A stretch of 64,000 bases of DNA, taken from Candidatus Aceula meridiana (GTDB lineage: Bacteria; Omnitrophota; Gorgyraeia; Zapsychrales; Aceulaceae). Under the pieces are notes generated by a model. It was given only the letters and a program-made list of their open reading frames with translations, had not been told where the DNA came from and ran no database searches. The position numbers were made by a program, and so were the translations under genes. The stretch is taken from NCBI GenBank assembly GCA_030765185.1, contig JAVCDE010000033.1, positions 74,957 through 138,956 on the forward strand, in the 5' to 3' direction. Below are positions 18,378 through 28,442 of the stretch, one piece after another (position 1 is the stretch's first letter; each line of letters opens with the position of its first letter).

Positions 18378-19278
18378 TCGGATGCATAAATTTTAAAAAT
18401 TCTTTCATGCGTTTGTTTACCATTGGTGCTGTCAGACGAGATGTTTTTTCAACGCCAAAACCTTCAACATTAAATGATGCCAAGACCGATGCGTATAAAA
18501 CAGCTTGTTTTAATGCTTCCTTATTCAAACGCTTTGATTGAGCTAAGCATCCCATAAGCCCACCGGCAAATGTGTCTCCGGCTCCTGTTGGATCTAACAC
18601 TTTCTCGACAGGATAAGCAGGAAAAGAAAACATCAAATCATCACTATAAAACAAAACTCCATGTTCTCCTTTTTTAACCACAATCAGCTTTGGTCCTAAG
18701 CGCCTTAAAGCTTTGGCGGCTTTAATTAAATTATTTTCTTTAGTCAGCATTCGTGCCTCGCCGTCATTGGCGACAAAAAGATCAACTTTCTTAATAAGAG
18801 ACAACAATAACTTTTTTCGGATGTTAATCCATAAATTCATGCTATCGAGGCCGACAAGACGCGGTTTTTTGATTTGATTTAGAACTTTATTCTGAATAAT
18901 CGGATCATCATTAGCTAAAAAAACATTAGAAATTTTCTTTTGCGAATCCGCAATCTTGGGTTCATATCCCTCGAGTACCCCAAGCTGTGTTTTAAGCGTA
19001 AGCGCCTCATTAAAATTTCCATTTTTATATTCGCCGCTCCATTCAAAAGTTTTTCCGTTTGTCCTCTGCAAAGAAGAAAGATTGACTCCCTTATTCTTGA
19101 GAAGCTGCAAATGCTTGGCCAAAAAATCTTTGCCGACAATCCCTGCAAGATGAACGTCTTCAAAAAGTGACGCACTCATACAAAAATGTGAGGCAGAGCC
19201 TCCGAGCATCTTTTTTCGCACTCCGCTCGGTGTTTTAAGATTGTCTAACGCAACTGTCCCTGAAACAAACAAGCTCAT
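18367..19278 (-). CDS. PfkB-family carbohydrate/nucleoside kinase (ribokinase superfamily)
   Basis: 303 aa. N-terminal GG motif region and C-terminal DPTGAGDTFAGG anion-hole motif. Confidence 0.8.
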   Translation of the reverse strand: MSLFVSGTVALDNLKTPSGVRKKMLGGSASHFCMSASLFEDVHLAGIVGKDFLAKHLQLLKNKGVNLSSLQRTNGKTFEWSGEYKNGNFNEALTLKTQLGVLEGYEPKIADSQKKISNVFLANDDPIIQNKVLNQIKKPRLVGLDSMNLWINIRKKLLLSLIKKVDLFVANDGEARMLTKENNLIKAAKALRRLGPKLIVVKKGEHGVLFYSDDLMFSFPAYPVEKVLDPTGAGDTFAGGLMGCLAQSKRLNKEALKQAVLYASVLASFNVEGFGVEKTSRLTAPMVNKRMKEFLKFMHPIVC

Positions 19279-19280
19279 AA

Positions 19281-19697
19281 TTATTCTCCTATAATTTTAA
19301 TCAATGTGCGTTTTTTGCGCCGTCCGTCGAATTCCCCGTAAAAAATCTGCTCCCACGGCCCAAAATCAAGCCTTCCGGCTGTTACAGCAACAACAACTTC
19401 ACGCCCCATCACTTGTCTTTTCAAGTGACCGTCGGCATTGTCCTCACCGGCATTATGACGATATTTTGAAACCGGCTCATGAGGAGCCAGTCCCTCTAGC
19501 CAGTCATCAAAATCTTGAATCAATCCTGACTCATCATCATTGATAAAAACGCTGGCAGTGATATGCATCGCGTTAACTAAACACAAACCTTCTTTAATCC
19601 CACTCTTATTAATAGCGGACTGAACCTTATTTGTGATATTGATATACTCACGGCGTGATTTTGTATCAAACCACAATTCTTCTTTATAGCTTTTCAT
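19281..19697 (-). CDS. YjbQ/UPF0047-family protein (secondary thiamine-phosphate synthase-like), copy 1
   Basis: 138 aa. Conserved …HITASV…NADGHLK…G…L.F..W Q.I.. E.DG.R.R layout of the YjbQ family. Confidence 0.75.
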   Translation of the reverse strand: MKSYKEELWFDTKSRREYINITNKVQSAINKSGIKEGLCLVNAMHITASVFINDDESGLIQDFDDWLEGLAPHEPVSKYRHNAGEDNADGHLKRQVMGREVVVAVTAGRLDFGPWEQIFYGEFDGRRKKRTLIKIIGE

Positions 19698-20100
19698 CTT
19701 CAGCCTTTACCTTCTTGCAATCCGGGGTTGTTAGCTTTCTAAAATATTCTTGAAAAGGCAAATAATAACGTAAATTCTTTAAATCATTATCTTTTTTTAA
19801 ATGATTAAAATCTTCATACCCTTTATCAATCGCTATTTGAATAACCGTAAAAGATTTATCGAGTTTTCCAACCAAGGAATAGCTACAAGCTAAATTATAT
19901 AACACCGTTGGGTCTTCTGGCCGAAGCTTAACAAGCCTTTGATCAGCCTTTAAGCCTTTCTCAAAAAACCCTTGTTTAGTATACAGATCGCCAAGCTTGA
20001 TGAGCGCTTCAACAAATTTCGGGGCCTTGTCGAGAACCCCTTCTAAAAAGAGGACTTCGAATTGTTCATTTTGCTCTGTCTTATCTTTTTGGTGTTTCAT
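19684..20100 (-). CDS. TPR-repeat protein
   Basis: 138 aa. Two to three TPR-like helical hairpins (…[21 protein letters not shown]…, …[18 protein letters not shown]…). Confidence 0.55.
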   Translation of the reverse strand: MKHQKDKTEQNEQFEVLFLEGVLDKAPKFVEALIKLGDLYTKQGFFEKGLKADQRLVKLRPEDPTVLYNLACSYSLVGKLDKSFTVIQIAIDKGYEDFNHLKKDNDLKNLRYYLPFQEYFRKLTTPDCKKVKAEDEKL

Positions 20101-22490
20101 TGTTTTTCTAAAATAATGCTCTGTCGAATGTCCTTAGAAAGTTTTTCTAAGAGAATTTTATACGCTAAATAATCTGATGCCTCTATTCTCTCTTTTTTAA
20201 TGGTGTTCCTTTGCGTGAAGATAATCTTGTTCCCCACTTTTTCATAGGTATTTTCAAAAACAAACCAATCATTATTACTCACAACCGGTTGCGGCAAAGA
20301 TTTAATTCTATAAGATTTAGATAGATCAATCTCAAAAACACTTACACTCTTGTACGGAACAGAAAAATCAATCGGATACCTTCGGTTAGGCTTGGAAACC
20401 GTACTAAGCCCAATACTTCCTAGTTGCGGGATAACACGCATACTAGGACCAGCTTTAATAAAAAAGTCTGACCCCTCAAAATTATAAGAAAGAACAATGT
20501 TGTCTTTCATTTGCTCAAGATTCTTAATTTTATAATCTAAGAGTTTTGACCCTGGGATAATTTCTTGAATACGCTGCTGAAGTTTTTGTTTTACGAGAAT
20601 GGGCATGGTGTAGCGCAGCCATCCGCGTTGGGCTTGGTCAAAAATTCCCGAAGCCCTCACCTCTCTTGTCGCTGCAATTTCTTCATTCTCTTGAAAGCTT
20701 AAAACTGTTTTCTGGTTAATGGTATTTTGAATAGCAGAAAATTTTGGAATATCCATTAGCTGGGGCTTGTCCTTAAGACAGGTGAATACCTTGCGCCCCT
20801 GATCGCCGGCCGGTAAGTCCCCGAAGAGAACCGTCTCCCCCGTTGGATCCATAAAAATATATTCACCGTCAATTTCTGCCACAGCGATGCAATGATTAAA
20901 CATCAGCGTTGGAAAGTCTTCCTGAATCTTAGGAACACCTCTTGTCCCAATCAAAACAGGATAAGCGGTAACCCCAGCTTCTTTAAGCATGGCAATCAAC
21001 AAAATACTTTGATCTTTGCAGTCTCCGTATTTGTTAGCAAAAATTTCGGTCGCAAAATGCGGTTCATATCCAGCGGCACCGTATTCGATACCGACATAAC
21101 GAATATCTTTTGCACAAAAATTATAAATCTCTTTGGCTTTTTGTTTTAAAGACATTCTTTCGTCGGTCATTTCAGCAATTTTATCGCGCATGTCCTGATT
21201 GGCTTTAATTTTTTCTTTTGCCAAGGGCCACCACCAAGAATAAATTTCATCCCATGAGTTAAATGTAGTTAGTACCACTATAGGCGTTGACTCAGAAATA
21301 GGCGGCATTTTAGGTTCAGGAATAATTTGGTCTACATTCTCAAACTTCCAAGAATATGTCGTTTTGCCGTTTAGGGTCTCAACCTCAGGAGCCAAACTTA
21401 CTTCTTTATCATTAAATTCTTCGTTTAAATTCCTTTGATGAAGCTTCTGTCCTTGCGGCAAAACAATGCTAAACTCCGCGTGCTGAATAGGATTATCCGA
21501 CTCGAGAAAATATGTGCTGCGAAATTTGTCCTCAGCGATCATCTTGCTCCGGGACCCGCGAATCTTATATTCTAAAAATGACCCAATCGAAACCTCCGGC
21601 ATGGAAATAATTTTAACGCGGGCATTACTATAAAGAGGAAAATTTAAATACTTTGAAACATCGCGTATATGTTTATCACCGACTGAGATAACTTGTCCGT
21701 CAGGCTTAATCGTTCTTGCAAGCTCAACCTCAACTTTTTCATAAGTCGAATCATAGCTTGCTTGTACTTCGCCACTTCCCTTTCCTCGCTCATTTAAAAT
21801 CTTAATAAGATAGTGTTCGGTATATTCAATCGTGTTGTCGTCATTGACCTCAACCTTTTCCTTTAAATACAACACGATCGCTCCGGCCTGCGGAAAATCT
21901 TCTTGCGTCGGAGAATTTACAATAAGCTCTTTAATCTTTGGATCTATTCCATCTAAATTTGTGTTTTCCTTAAGGGCGTTGATTTTTTGTATACGGTCTT
22001 TAGCCCTTTCTTGAAATTCACCCGGCGTAATCTTGTTGTAAAGCTTAATGGCCTCAGTATGGAGATTGTGAATTTCGCAAGTTGCCGCATAATAAAAAAG
22101 ATACTCACTGTCTTGCTGCTCACCAACCTTCTCGAAAACGGTCAAGGCATCCGTATAATTACCGGACTTATAATAAGCAATCGCCAAAAGTTTTTTTGCC
22201 TCATCTTGGCCGCTCTTTATAAGATTCTCAATGGCGAGCTCATATTTACCATTTTCATAATACAGCTTCCCCAATTGATAATAAATTTTATCTTTTGAAG
22301 CAGGCTGAGTCTCAAGGGCTAAGCGATATCCATCTATCGCCTTTTGATAAAACTCATCTGACATTTGAGAAAAAACATTTGCATTTTCGACAGGAGACCC
22401 TTTGCTTGAAGGATCTTCTTTGCTCTGACAAGAACATAAAAATAAAACAACGAAACTAAAAATAATCACTTTATATTTTTGAACCATCAT
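20097..22490 (-). CDS. Large lipoprotein with N-terminal TPRs and a DUF3857 / transglutaminase-like cysteine-protease-fold domain
   Basis: 797 aa. Signal peptide plus LCSC lipobox, then TPRs. The transglutaminase-like core motif YGDCKDQSILLIAMLKEAGV with flanking regions is typical of the DUF3857/DUF3858 architecture. Confidence 0.6.
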   Translation of the reverse strand: MMVQKYKVIIFSFVVLFLCSCQSKEDPSSKGSPVENANVFSQMSDEFYQKAIDGYRLALETQPASKDKIYYQLGKLYYENGKYELAIENLIKSGQDEAKKLLAIAYYKSGNYTDALTVFEKVGEQQDSEYLFYYAATCEIHNLHTEAIKLYNKITPGEFQERAKDRIQKINALKENTNLDGIDPKIKELIVNSPTQEDFPQAGAIVLYLKEKVEVNDDNTIEYTEHYLIKILNERGKGSGEVQASYDSTYEKVEVELARTIKPDGQVISVGDKHIRDVSKYLNFPLYSNARVKIISMPEVSIGSFLEYKIRGSRSKMIAEDKFRSTYFLESDNPIQHAEFSIVLPQGQKLHQRNLNEEFNDKEVSLAPEVETLNGKTTYSWKFENVDQIIPEPKMPPISESTPIVVLTTFNSWDEIYSWWWPLAKEKIKANQDMRDKIAEMTDERMSLKQKAKEIYNFCAKDIRYVGIEYGAAGYEPHFATEIFANKYGDCKDQSILLIAMLKEAGVTAYPVLIGTRGVPKIQEDFPTLMFNHCIAVAEIDGEYIFMDPTGETVLFGDLPAGDQGRKVFTCLKDKPQLMDIPKFSAIQNTINQKTVLSFQENEEIAATREVRASGIFDQAQRGWLRYTMPILVKQKLQQRIQEIIPGSKLLDYKIKNLEQMKDNIVLSYNFEGSDFFIKAGPSMRVIPQLGSIGLSTVSKPNRRYPIDFSVPYKSVSVFEIDLSKSYRIKSLPQPVVSNNDWFVFENTYEKVGNKIIFTQRNTIKKERIEASDYLAYKILLEKLSKDIRQSIILEKQ

Positions 22491-22533
22491 GCCCTCTCTT
22501 TAAAATTTATGGACTCTTTGCAAGGAAGGAACT

Positions 22534-23691
22534 TTACTTCGCCAAATATTGTTCTATGCGCAGCATTGCTTCTTTAAGATTCTCAAAGCTCGAAGCATAG
22601 GAAATTCTGATATAACCTTCAACCGAGGGACCAAAAGCGACCCCGGGGACCAAAGCCACTTTCTTCTTTTTCAATAAATCCTGAGCAAAATTAAGAGAGC
22701 TCTGCTTTGTCTTTTTAATCGATGGAAAGACATAAAAAGCTCCTTGGGGCATATGGCAATCAAGACCGATCTCATTTAAACGGCTAACGACAAAACGTCG
22801 ACGACGCATATACTCTTTTTTCATTGATTGAACATCTTTAAGGCCGCTGCGCAAAGCCTCAACAGCTGCCATCTGGCTAATAATAGGAGCACAAAGCATC
22901 GTGTATTGATGAATCTTTGTCATGCCGGCAATAATTTTTTCTGGGCCGCAAACCCATCCTAAGCGGAAACCAGTCATCGCATAGCCCTTAGAAAAACCAT
23001 TCAGATAAATAACGTAATCTTTCATCCCGGGAAAGCTTGATAGCGGGGTATGGTCAAAATCATAGGTTAACTCATCGTAAACTTCGTCGCTGATAACAAT
23101 AAGATTTTTCTTCTTAACGACCTTGGCAATTTCTCGAAGCTCCTTCTTTGTATAAGAAGCCCCCGTAGGATTACAAGGATAATTAATCATCAAAGCCTTA
23201 ACGCCTTTTGTGCAAGCTTTTTCAATTTGTTTTGGCGAAAGTTTAAACTCATTTTTGATGTCTGTTTTAAGAAAAACAGGTTTCCCGCCAGCAAGTTCAA
23301 CGACCGGTCCATAGGAAACATAACATGGCTCAGGAATAAGCACCTTATCACCTGGGTTTAAAATAGCCCGCACAGCCAAATCAAGCCCCTCGCTAACACC
23401 AACGGTAATGAGCGTTTCGTTATCAAAATGATAATTTAGCCCATAGCGATGATATAAAAAGTTAACGATTGCCTTTCTTAACTCAGCCATTCCTTTATTA
23501 GAAGTATAGGATGTATATCCCTGCTCGATAGAATAAATTGCTTTCTCACGAATTCCCCACGGGGTGACAAAGTCCGGCTCTCCCACGCCTAAAGAGATAA
23601 CATCTTTCATGTTAAGGACAAGATCAAAAAAGGCGCGAATGCCGGAAGGTTTTAATTGGTCAACTTTTTTTGCGATTTTCATATTCTTCAC
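22534..23691 (-). CDS. Class I/II PLP-dependent aminotransferase (aspartate/aromatic type)
   Basis: 385 aa. PLP-lysine region YINGFSKGYAMTGFRLGW and the N-terminal fold are typical of AspAT-like enzymes. Confidence 0.85.
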   Translation of the reverse strand: MKNMKIAKKVDQLKPSGIRAFFDLVLNMKDVISLGVGEPDFVTPWGIREKAIYSIEQGYTSYTSNKGMAELRKAIVNFLYHRYGLNYHFDNETLITVGVSEGLDLAVRAILNPGDKVLIPEPCYVSYGPVVELAGGKPVFLKTDIKNEFKLSPKQIEKACTKGVKALMINYPCNPTGASYTKKELREIAKVVKKKNLIVISDEVYDELTYDFDHTPLSSFPGMKDYVIYLNGFSKGYAMTGFRLGWVCGPEKIIAGMTKIHQYTMLCAPIISQMAAVEALRSGLKDVQSMKKEYMRRRRFVVSRLNEIGLDCHMPQGAFYVFPSIKKTKQSSLNFAQDLLKKKKVALVPGVAFGPSVEGYIRISYASSFENLKEAMLRIEQYLAK

Positions 23692-23828
23692 TCTTTGTTT
23701 TATATTAGCTCAGAAAAATTCGTTTTAATTGTAAGCTAGAAAAGTTAAAAACACGACCCATTTGCTGCATTCGGTCGCTATCAACCTGGGTAGCCCTCTA
23801 GCCGCAACAAATTGCGATTTAGATTGGG

Positions 23829-24314
23829 CTAATAAGAAATATTTAATCTTTGCTTGCGTTTCGATTTCTTTAAGACATGTCCGTCTTCTTTATATTTCTT
23901 AAGAAGGAAATGCGTCACAGTGACACGGACATTTGGCATAGGTGAAAGCTTTGAGGCAACAAAATTGGAAACAGTCTGGATGTTTTCTCCTTCAATCTCG
24001 AGAAGAAGATCATACGTCCCTGACATCAAATAACAGCTTCTCACCTCTGGAAAACTATAAATTCTTTCAGCCACATAATCAAAACCAACATCCTTTTGAG
24101 GAGTAATGCTAACCTCGATAAGTGCCCGCACAAAGGAGTTGACATCTTTCGCTAAATCCTTATTTATCACTGTCTTATACTTAACAATGATGCCATCTTT
24201 TTCATATTTCTTAATGGCTTTTTTAACAGACGTTGCACTCTGTCCTGTTAATTTTGCAATTTCGACAGGACTAACACGTGCATCTTTTTCTAAAATTTCT
24301 AGAATTTCGTTCAT
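23829..24314 (-). CDS. Lrp/AsnC-family transcriptional regulator
   Basis: 161 aa. N-terminal HTH (…DARVSPVEIAKLTGQSATSVKKAIKKYEKDGII…) plus a C-terminal RAM domain. It lies directly upstream of the aminotransferase. Confidence 0.85.
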   Translation of the reverse strand: MNEILEILEKDARVSPVEIAKLTGQSATSVKKAIKKYEKDGIIVKYKTVINKDLAKDVNSFVRALIEVSITPQKDVGFDYVAERIYSFPEVRSCYLMSGTYDLLLEIEGENIQTVSNFVASKLSPMPNVRVTVTHFLLKKYKEDGHVLKKSKRKQRLNISY

Positions 24315-24450
24315 ATTCTTCTCCTCTTATATTAAATTTAGGCAATAAATATTAATAAATATCTGATTAATCGTATTATATATGCAGCCATTTTATACTA
24401 TTTTAAAGGTCAAATCAAATGAATTGAACGATTAACGCCTTTTTATAATT

Positions 24451-26112
24451 TTAGTCATCTTTAAGAATATCCGGAGTCTTAAAAAGGTCTTGGCGGGGAG
24501 GCGGAAGATTGGAAAAAGCCGGGCTTGGAGTAAGGGCTGCGCCTGTCATAGCCTTTGGCGAATAATCTGATTCGCCCTTGTGGTACATGATATTTTCTAA
24601 AGTCTCTTTTTCTTTTTTTATCTTATCGATGTCTACCTGGGCGGCTAAAACCTGATGTGTTAAAGATAAGTTCTGAAATTGTGCATCCTCAAGCTGTTTT
24701 TGAGCTTTACGCTCAGCCCTAGCGATAATAGCTTCTTTTTTCTGATCAATGCGGCCAGCCTCTATCTTTATCTCTCGAATTCTTTCATCAATCTCTTCTT
24801 GTGTAAAAATACCCTCTTTCTGCTTGATTAAAACAAAGTCATCAAACTGCAAAGACTTTTTTCCTAAGACGTCAGCCTCTCCCAAAAGAAGTTGTTTCTC
24901 GGCAATTAAATCTGTTTTAGCAGAATCAAGTTGCTGATTATATTTTTGATAAGACAAAACGCTATCTGCAAGCAAACGGACAAGACTTCTATCTTTTTGC
25001 TTTAAAAGATCAGCCTGACTTTCTAGCTCGTTGATATTCTCCTTAAGCTTCTGCGCCTCTTGAGTTAAAAAATCGTTCTTATCTTGAAGGGCTTGTTTAT
25101 CTCCAGACAGTCTCCTTTTCATCTTTAAAAGCTGGTCATATGCTTGGGCGACTTTTTCTTCGATCCATTGAACTTCTTCAGCGATTTCTTGATTTTCCTG
25201 TCGCAACGGTTTCATCTCTTCAGAAATAACAGCTTGAGCCTCTTTGACAAGAAGTTCTTTTTGGCGCTCTTGCTCCTCAATATCTGATTCAAGCAGCTGA
25301 ATTTGATTCTCAACAAGATATTTTTTCTGAAATTCTTTTTCCTTCTCCTGATCTATCAAGATCTTTGCGAAAAAATTCTCTTCCTTAAGCTCATTGGTGT
25401 CTTGAGTGTGCATCTGGTAAACGCTTAGCGTTTCAGAAAACTCAACGGCAGCCTCTTTCTTTTTCTTCTCAGCGTCTCGGATACTCTCCTGCAATATCGC
25501 GAGAAGCTCGCGACTGCTATCAATATTGTCTTGTAACGGCTGATTTTCTAAAAGAGTATCCTCAATTTCTTTTTGCAGCTCCGCAACATGTTCATTTAAA
25601 AGAGCGAGTTTTGCCTCGTCTCCAATGCCCCCTTTTTGAATCTTCACGTCAAAATCTTGGGCAGAAGAGATAAGCTCTTCCTGGCGCTTACGCAACTTGT
25701 CTTCTTTTTCTTGAGTCTTTTCTGCCCTTTTCTTAAACCGATCATATTTCTTTGCAGCAGTGCTTAAACCCTTTTCTAAATTCTTTATGCCTTTTTCGAG
25801 TTCCTTTTGATATCCGTTCTTATCTCGAATGAGGCGTTGATATTCTTGAGGAGCGCCTTTAAGCTCATCAAGATTTTTCGTAAGCTTATCAACATTTTGC
25901 CTTAATTCTAAAAGCTCTTTTTGCAGAGTGCGATTTTGCATTAGGAGGTCGTCGTTTTTATCAAGCAGCGGAACAGCTTTTTGCTTTAAAGAAAAAACAC
26001 TTTGATCAAGCCCTTGGGCTAAGGCAGGACGGGAAAAGAAGAAAAAACAAATTAGGAGGCAAATACTAATAAAAATAATTCTTTTAGTATTAAATGTCAT
26101 TGATTCTTTCAT
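24451..26112 (-). CDS. Secreted or membrane-anchored coiled-coil protein
   Basis: About 550 aa of heptad-rich E/K/Q/L sequence after a signal peptide (MKESMTFNTKRIIFISICLLICFFFFSRPALAQG). The start was chosen at the internal Met to remove a 44-nt overlap with pabC. No catalytic motif. Confidence 0.45.
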   Translation of the reverse strand: MKESMTFNTKRIIFISICLLICFFFFSRPALAQGLDQSVFSLKQKAVPLLDKNDDLLMQNRTLQKELLELRQNVDKLTKNLDELKGAPQEYQRLIRDKNGYQKELEKGIKNLEKGLSTAAKKYDRFKKRAEKTQEKEDKLRKRQEELISSAQDFDVKIQKGGIGDEAKLALLNEHVAELQKEIEDTLLENQPLQDNIDSSRELLAILQESIRDAEKKKKEAAVEFSETLSVYQMHTQDTNELKEENFFAKILIDQEKEKEFQKKYLVENQIQLLESDIEEQERQKELLVKEAQAVISEEMKPLRQENQEIAEEVQWIEEKVAQAYDQLLKMKRRLSGDKQALQDKNDFLTQEAQKLKENINELESQADLLKQKDRSLVRLLADSVLSYQKYNQQLDSAKTDLIAEKQLLLGEADVLGKKSLQFDDFVLIKQKEGIFTQEEIDERIREIKIEAGRIDQKKEAIIARAERKAQKQLEDAQFQNLSLTHQVLAAQVDIDKIKKEKETLENIMYHKGESDYSPKAMTGAALTPSPAFSNLPPPRQDLFKTPDILKDD

Positions 26113-26164
26113 AAATTTATTATATCGGCTTTTAAAGGGGCAGCAAACAAAAACAAACTTTTCC

Positions 26165-27022
26165 TTAAGTCTTAAACGTACCTCTTGACGATAGGTCATT
26201 TTTAACATAATCCTGATACGCTTTGCAAAACTGTTTTGTTAGCGGGCCGACCTTACCGCTTCCGACAGGTTTCCCTTGGGCAAAGGTAAGCGGCATAATC
26301 TCAACAAGAGAATTAGTTAAAAAAGCTTCATCAGCCTCTAGAAGAGACTCCGGCGTTGCCATAACTTGCTTACACTTAATTTCTTTAAGACGGGCAATCT
26401 TTAAAATAATCTGACGCGTAATGCCTTTTAAACATCCGCATCGAAGCGATGGCGTATAAAGAACATTATTCTTGATAAAGAAAATATTCGTCTTGCTACC
26501 TTCTGTGATAAAACCGCGTCTGTTTAAAAGAATAGCCTCATCTGCCCCCCGTGCTTTTGCCTTGCGTTGAGCCATCAAAAGCGGAAGATAATTCACCGAC
26601 TTAATGCGAGATGTTACCGCCTTCTCATCCCGGCGAATATCAGAAAAAAGAACTTTGAACCCTTGAGTATATTTCCGTTTAGAAAAAGGCTTGTAAGAAA
26701 AAGCAGCGATCGAAATGCGCATACGTCCCTTTCCCTGCCAAACCATTAATCTCAGGCGTGCATTCTTTACTTTGTTGGTCGTCAAAGACTTCTGAAGATA
26801 CGACTTCATCTCTTGTTTTGAACAAGGACTTTGAAGGTCAATTTTTTTTAACCCCTGAAATAAACGCTGAAGATGCTCATCGATAGAAAAAATTTTTCCA
26901 CTATAGGCGCGCATGGTTTCAAAAACGCCTTGGCCCGATAAAATCCCAGGAGAAATTGTTTTCGATAGCGCGTCCGTTACAGGGATCATGAAACCATCTA
27001 AGAAAATAACTTTTTTTTCCAT
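26165..27022 (-). CDS. pabC: Class IV aminotransferase-fold protein, probably aminodeoxychorismate lyase
   Basis: 285 aa, fold IV PLP enzyme. It lies immediately downstream of pabB with a 2-nt gap. Confidence 0.65.
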   Translation of the reverse strand: MEKKVIFLDGFMIPVTDALSKTISPGILSGQGVFETMRAYSGKIFSIDEHLQRLFQGLKKIDLQSPCSKQEMKSYLQKSLTTNKVKNARLRLMVWQGKGRMRISIAAFSYKPFSKRKYTQGFKVLFSDIRRDEKAVTSRIKSVNYLPLLMAQRKAKARGADEAILLNRRGFITEGSKTNIFFIKNNVLYTPSLRCGCLKGITRQIILKIARLKEIKCKQVMATPESLLEADEAFLTNSLVEIMPLTFAQGKPVGSGKVGPLTKQFCKAYQDYVKNDLSSRGTFKT

Positions 27023-27023
27023 T

Positions 27024-28442
27024 TTAAACTTTAATCTTCTTTAAGAATGTTTGTTGTATTGCCCTGCGCAAGGCTTTAGCCTTTACCAAAGTTTCTTCAT
27101 ATTCCCTCTCCGGAACAGAATCTGCAACAATGCCGCCCCCGGCATGGAAAAAAATTTGATTGTCTTTTTTAACAAGCGTGCGAATAAGAATATTGAAATC
27201 CATATCCCCGTTAAAACCAATATATCCTAAAGAACCAGTATAGGGCCCACGTCGAGTCTGTTCGATTTGGTCGATAATTTGCATAGACCTAATCTTAGGG
27301 CATCCGGTTACAGAACCAGAGGGAAAACAAGCTTTTATCAAATCAAACAAGCCCTTATCTTTGCGTAAATTTCCCTCAACAACGGATATTGTCTGAAATA
27401 CCGTTGCGTATTCTTCTAATGTGCGCATCGACTGAACACCAACAGACCCATAGTCGCAAACCCGTCCTAAATCATTGCGCTCAAGGTCTGTCACCATCAA
27501 AAGCTCTGCTCTTTCCTTAGCACTTGTCAAAAGCTCATTCTTCATAATTTCATCTTCAATAATGTCTTTTCCCCTGGGGCGCGTGCCTTTCATCGGGCAA
27601 GTGTAGACATGATTATCTTTAAGACGCAAGAATTCCTCAGGCGAATGGCTAATAATCTGAAAATCTTGAGCATCAAAATATGCTCCAAAATTCGCTGGAG
27701 ATAGCGTGCTAAGTGTTTGATACAATTCAAAGGGCTTGGCTTGAAAATCAAACCGATTTTCAAAAAGAAACCGCTGAGACAAATTAACTTGATAGATATC
27801 GCCTTGTGCAATATGTCCCAAAACTTTTTCAACAGCATGGACATACTTGCTTCGCGTAAAATTATTTTGAAAAGAAATTTCAGAATCGTCTTCTGTCTTA
27901 GACCAATCTATATTTTGAAATAAGTCCTTTGGTTGAGGTGAATATCTATCAAGGCACTTAGCAATATCGTCTATTTTTGCTTTAGCATTTCTTTTCGCCA
28001 AGGCAGGATTTCTTTCAGGGAGTCCTGTAGCCACAACATAAAGTTTTCGCAAAAGATGGTCCAAAACAATGATACCGTCATAAAAACCAAAAAAACAATC
28101 CGGCAAGCTAAAATCATTACTTCCGCACGGCACAATGCCTTCAAGACTTAGACCTAAATCATACCCTAAAAACCCAACAAGCCCGCCTGCAAAAGGTGTA
28201 GGGCTATTTTTAAAATCTACCTGATACGGTTGATAGCGGCCTGCAAGCTTATAAAGAGAATCTTTTCCTGATGCAGAAAAAATTTCAAAAGGCTCAAAGC
28301 CAATAAAAGAAAAACGTCCACGCACACCTTTTTTCAGGCTGCTGTCCAAAAGAAAAGGATAACTCTTTTCGGAAAAAAGCGTAAAAATATCCGCTGCATT
28401 TCCCGTAAAATCAAAAACCTTATAAAAAACTTCATGGCTCAA
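27024..28442 (-). CDS. pabB: Aminodeoxychorismate (or anthranilate) synthase component I
   Basis: 472 aa. Chorismate-binding C-terminal domain (…GPYTGSLGYIGFNGDMDFNILIRT…GGGIVADS…). Pairing with a class IV lyase favours PabB. Confidence 0.8.
   Translation of the reverse strand: MSHEVFYKVFDFTGNAADIFTLFSEKSYPFLLDSSLKKGVRGRFSFIGFEPFEIFSASGKDSLYKLAGRYQPYQVDFKNSPTPFAGGLVGFLGYDLGLSLEGIVPCGSNDFSLPDCFFGFYDGIIVLDHLLRKLYVVATGLPERNPALAKRNAKAKIDDIAKCLDRYSPQPKDLFQNIDWSKTEDDSEISFQNNFTRSKYVHAVEKVLGHIAQGDIYQVNLSQRFLFENRFDFQAKPFELYQTLSTLSPANFGAYFDAQDFQIISHSPEEFLRLKDNHVYTCPMKGTRPRGKDIIEDEIMKNELLTSAKERAELLMVTDLERNDLGRVCDYGSVGVQSMRTLEEYATVFQTISVVEGNLRKDKGLFDLIKACFPSGSVTGCPKIRSMQIIDQIEQTRRGPYTGSLGYIGFNGDMDFNILIRTLVKKDNQIFFHAGGGIVADSVPEREYEETLVKAKALRRAIQQTFLKKIKV

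Noticed and set aside
23692-23828. GC-richer segment (…GCGGCTAGAGGGCTACCCAGGTTGATAGCGACCGAATGCAGC…) between the Lrp regulator and the aminotransferase, considered as a T-box or riboswitch leader.
   Set aside because: No specifier or T-box consensus and no stable extended stem were found. It is more simply explained as the Lrp-controlled promoter/operator of the aminotransferase.
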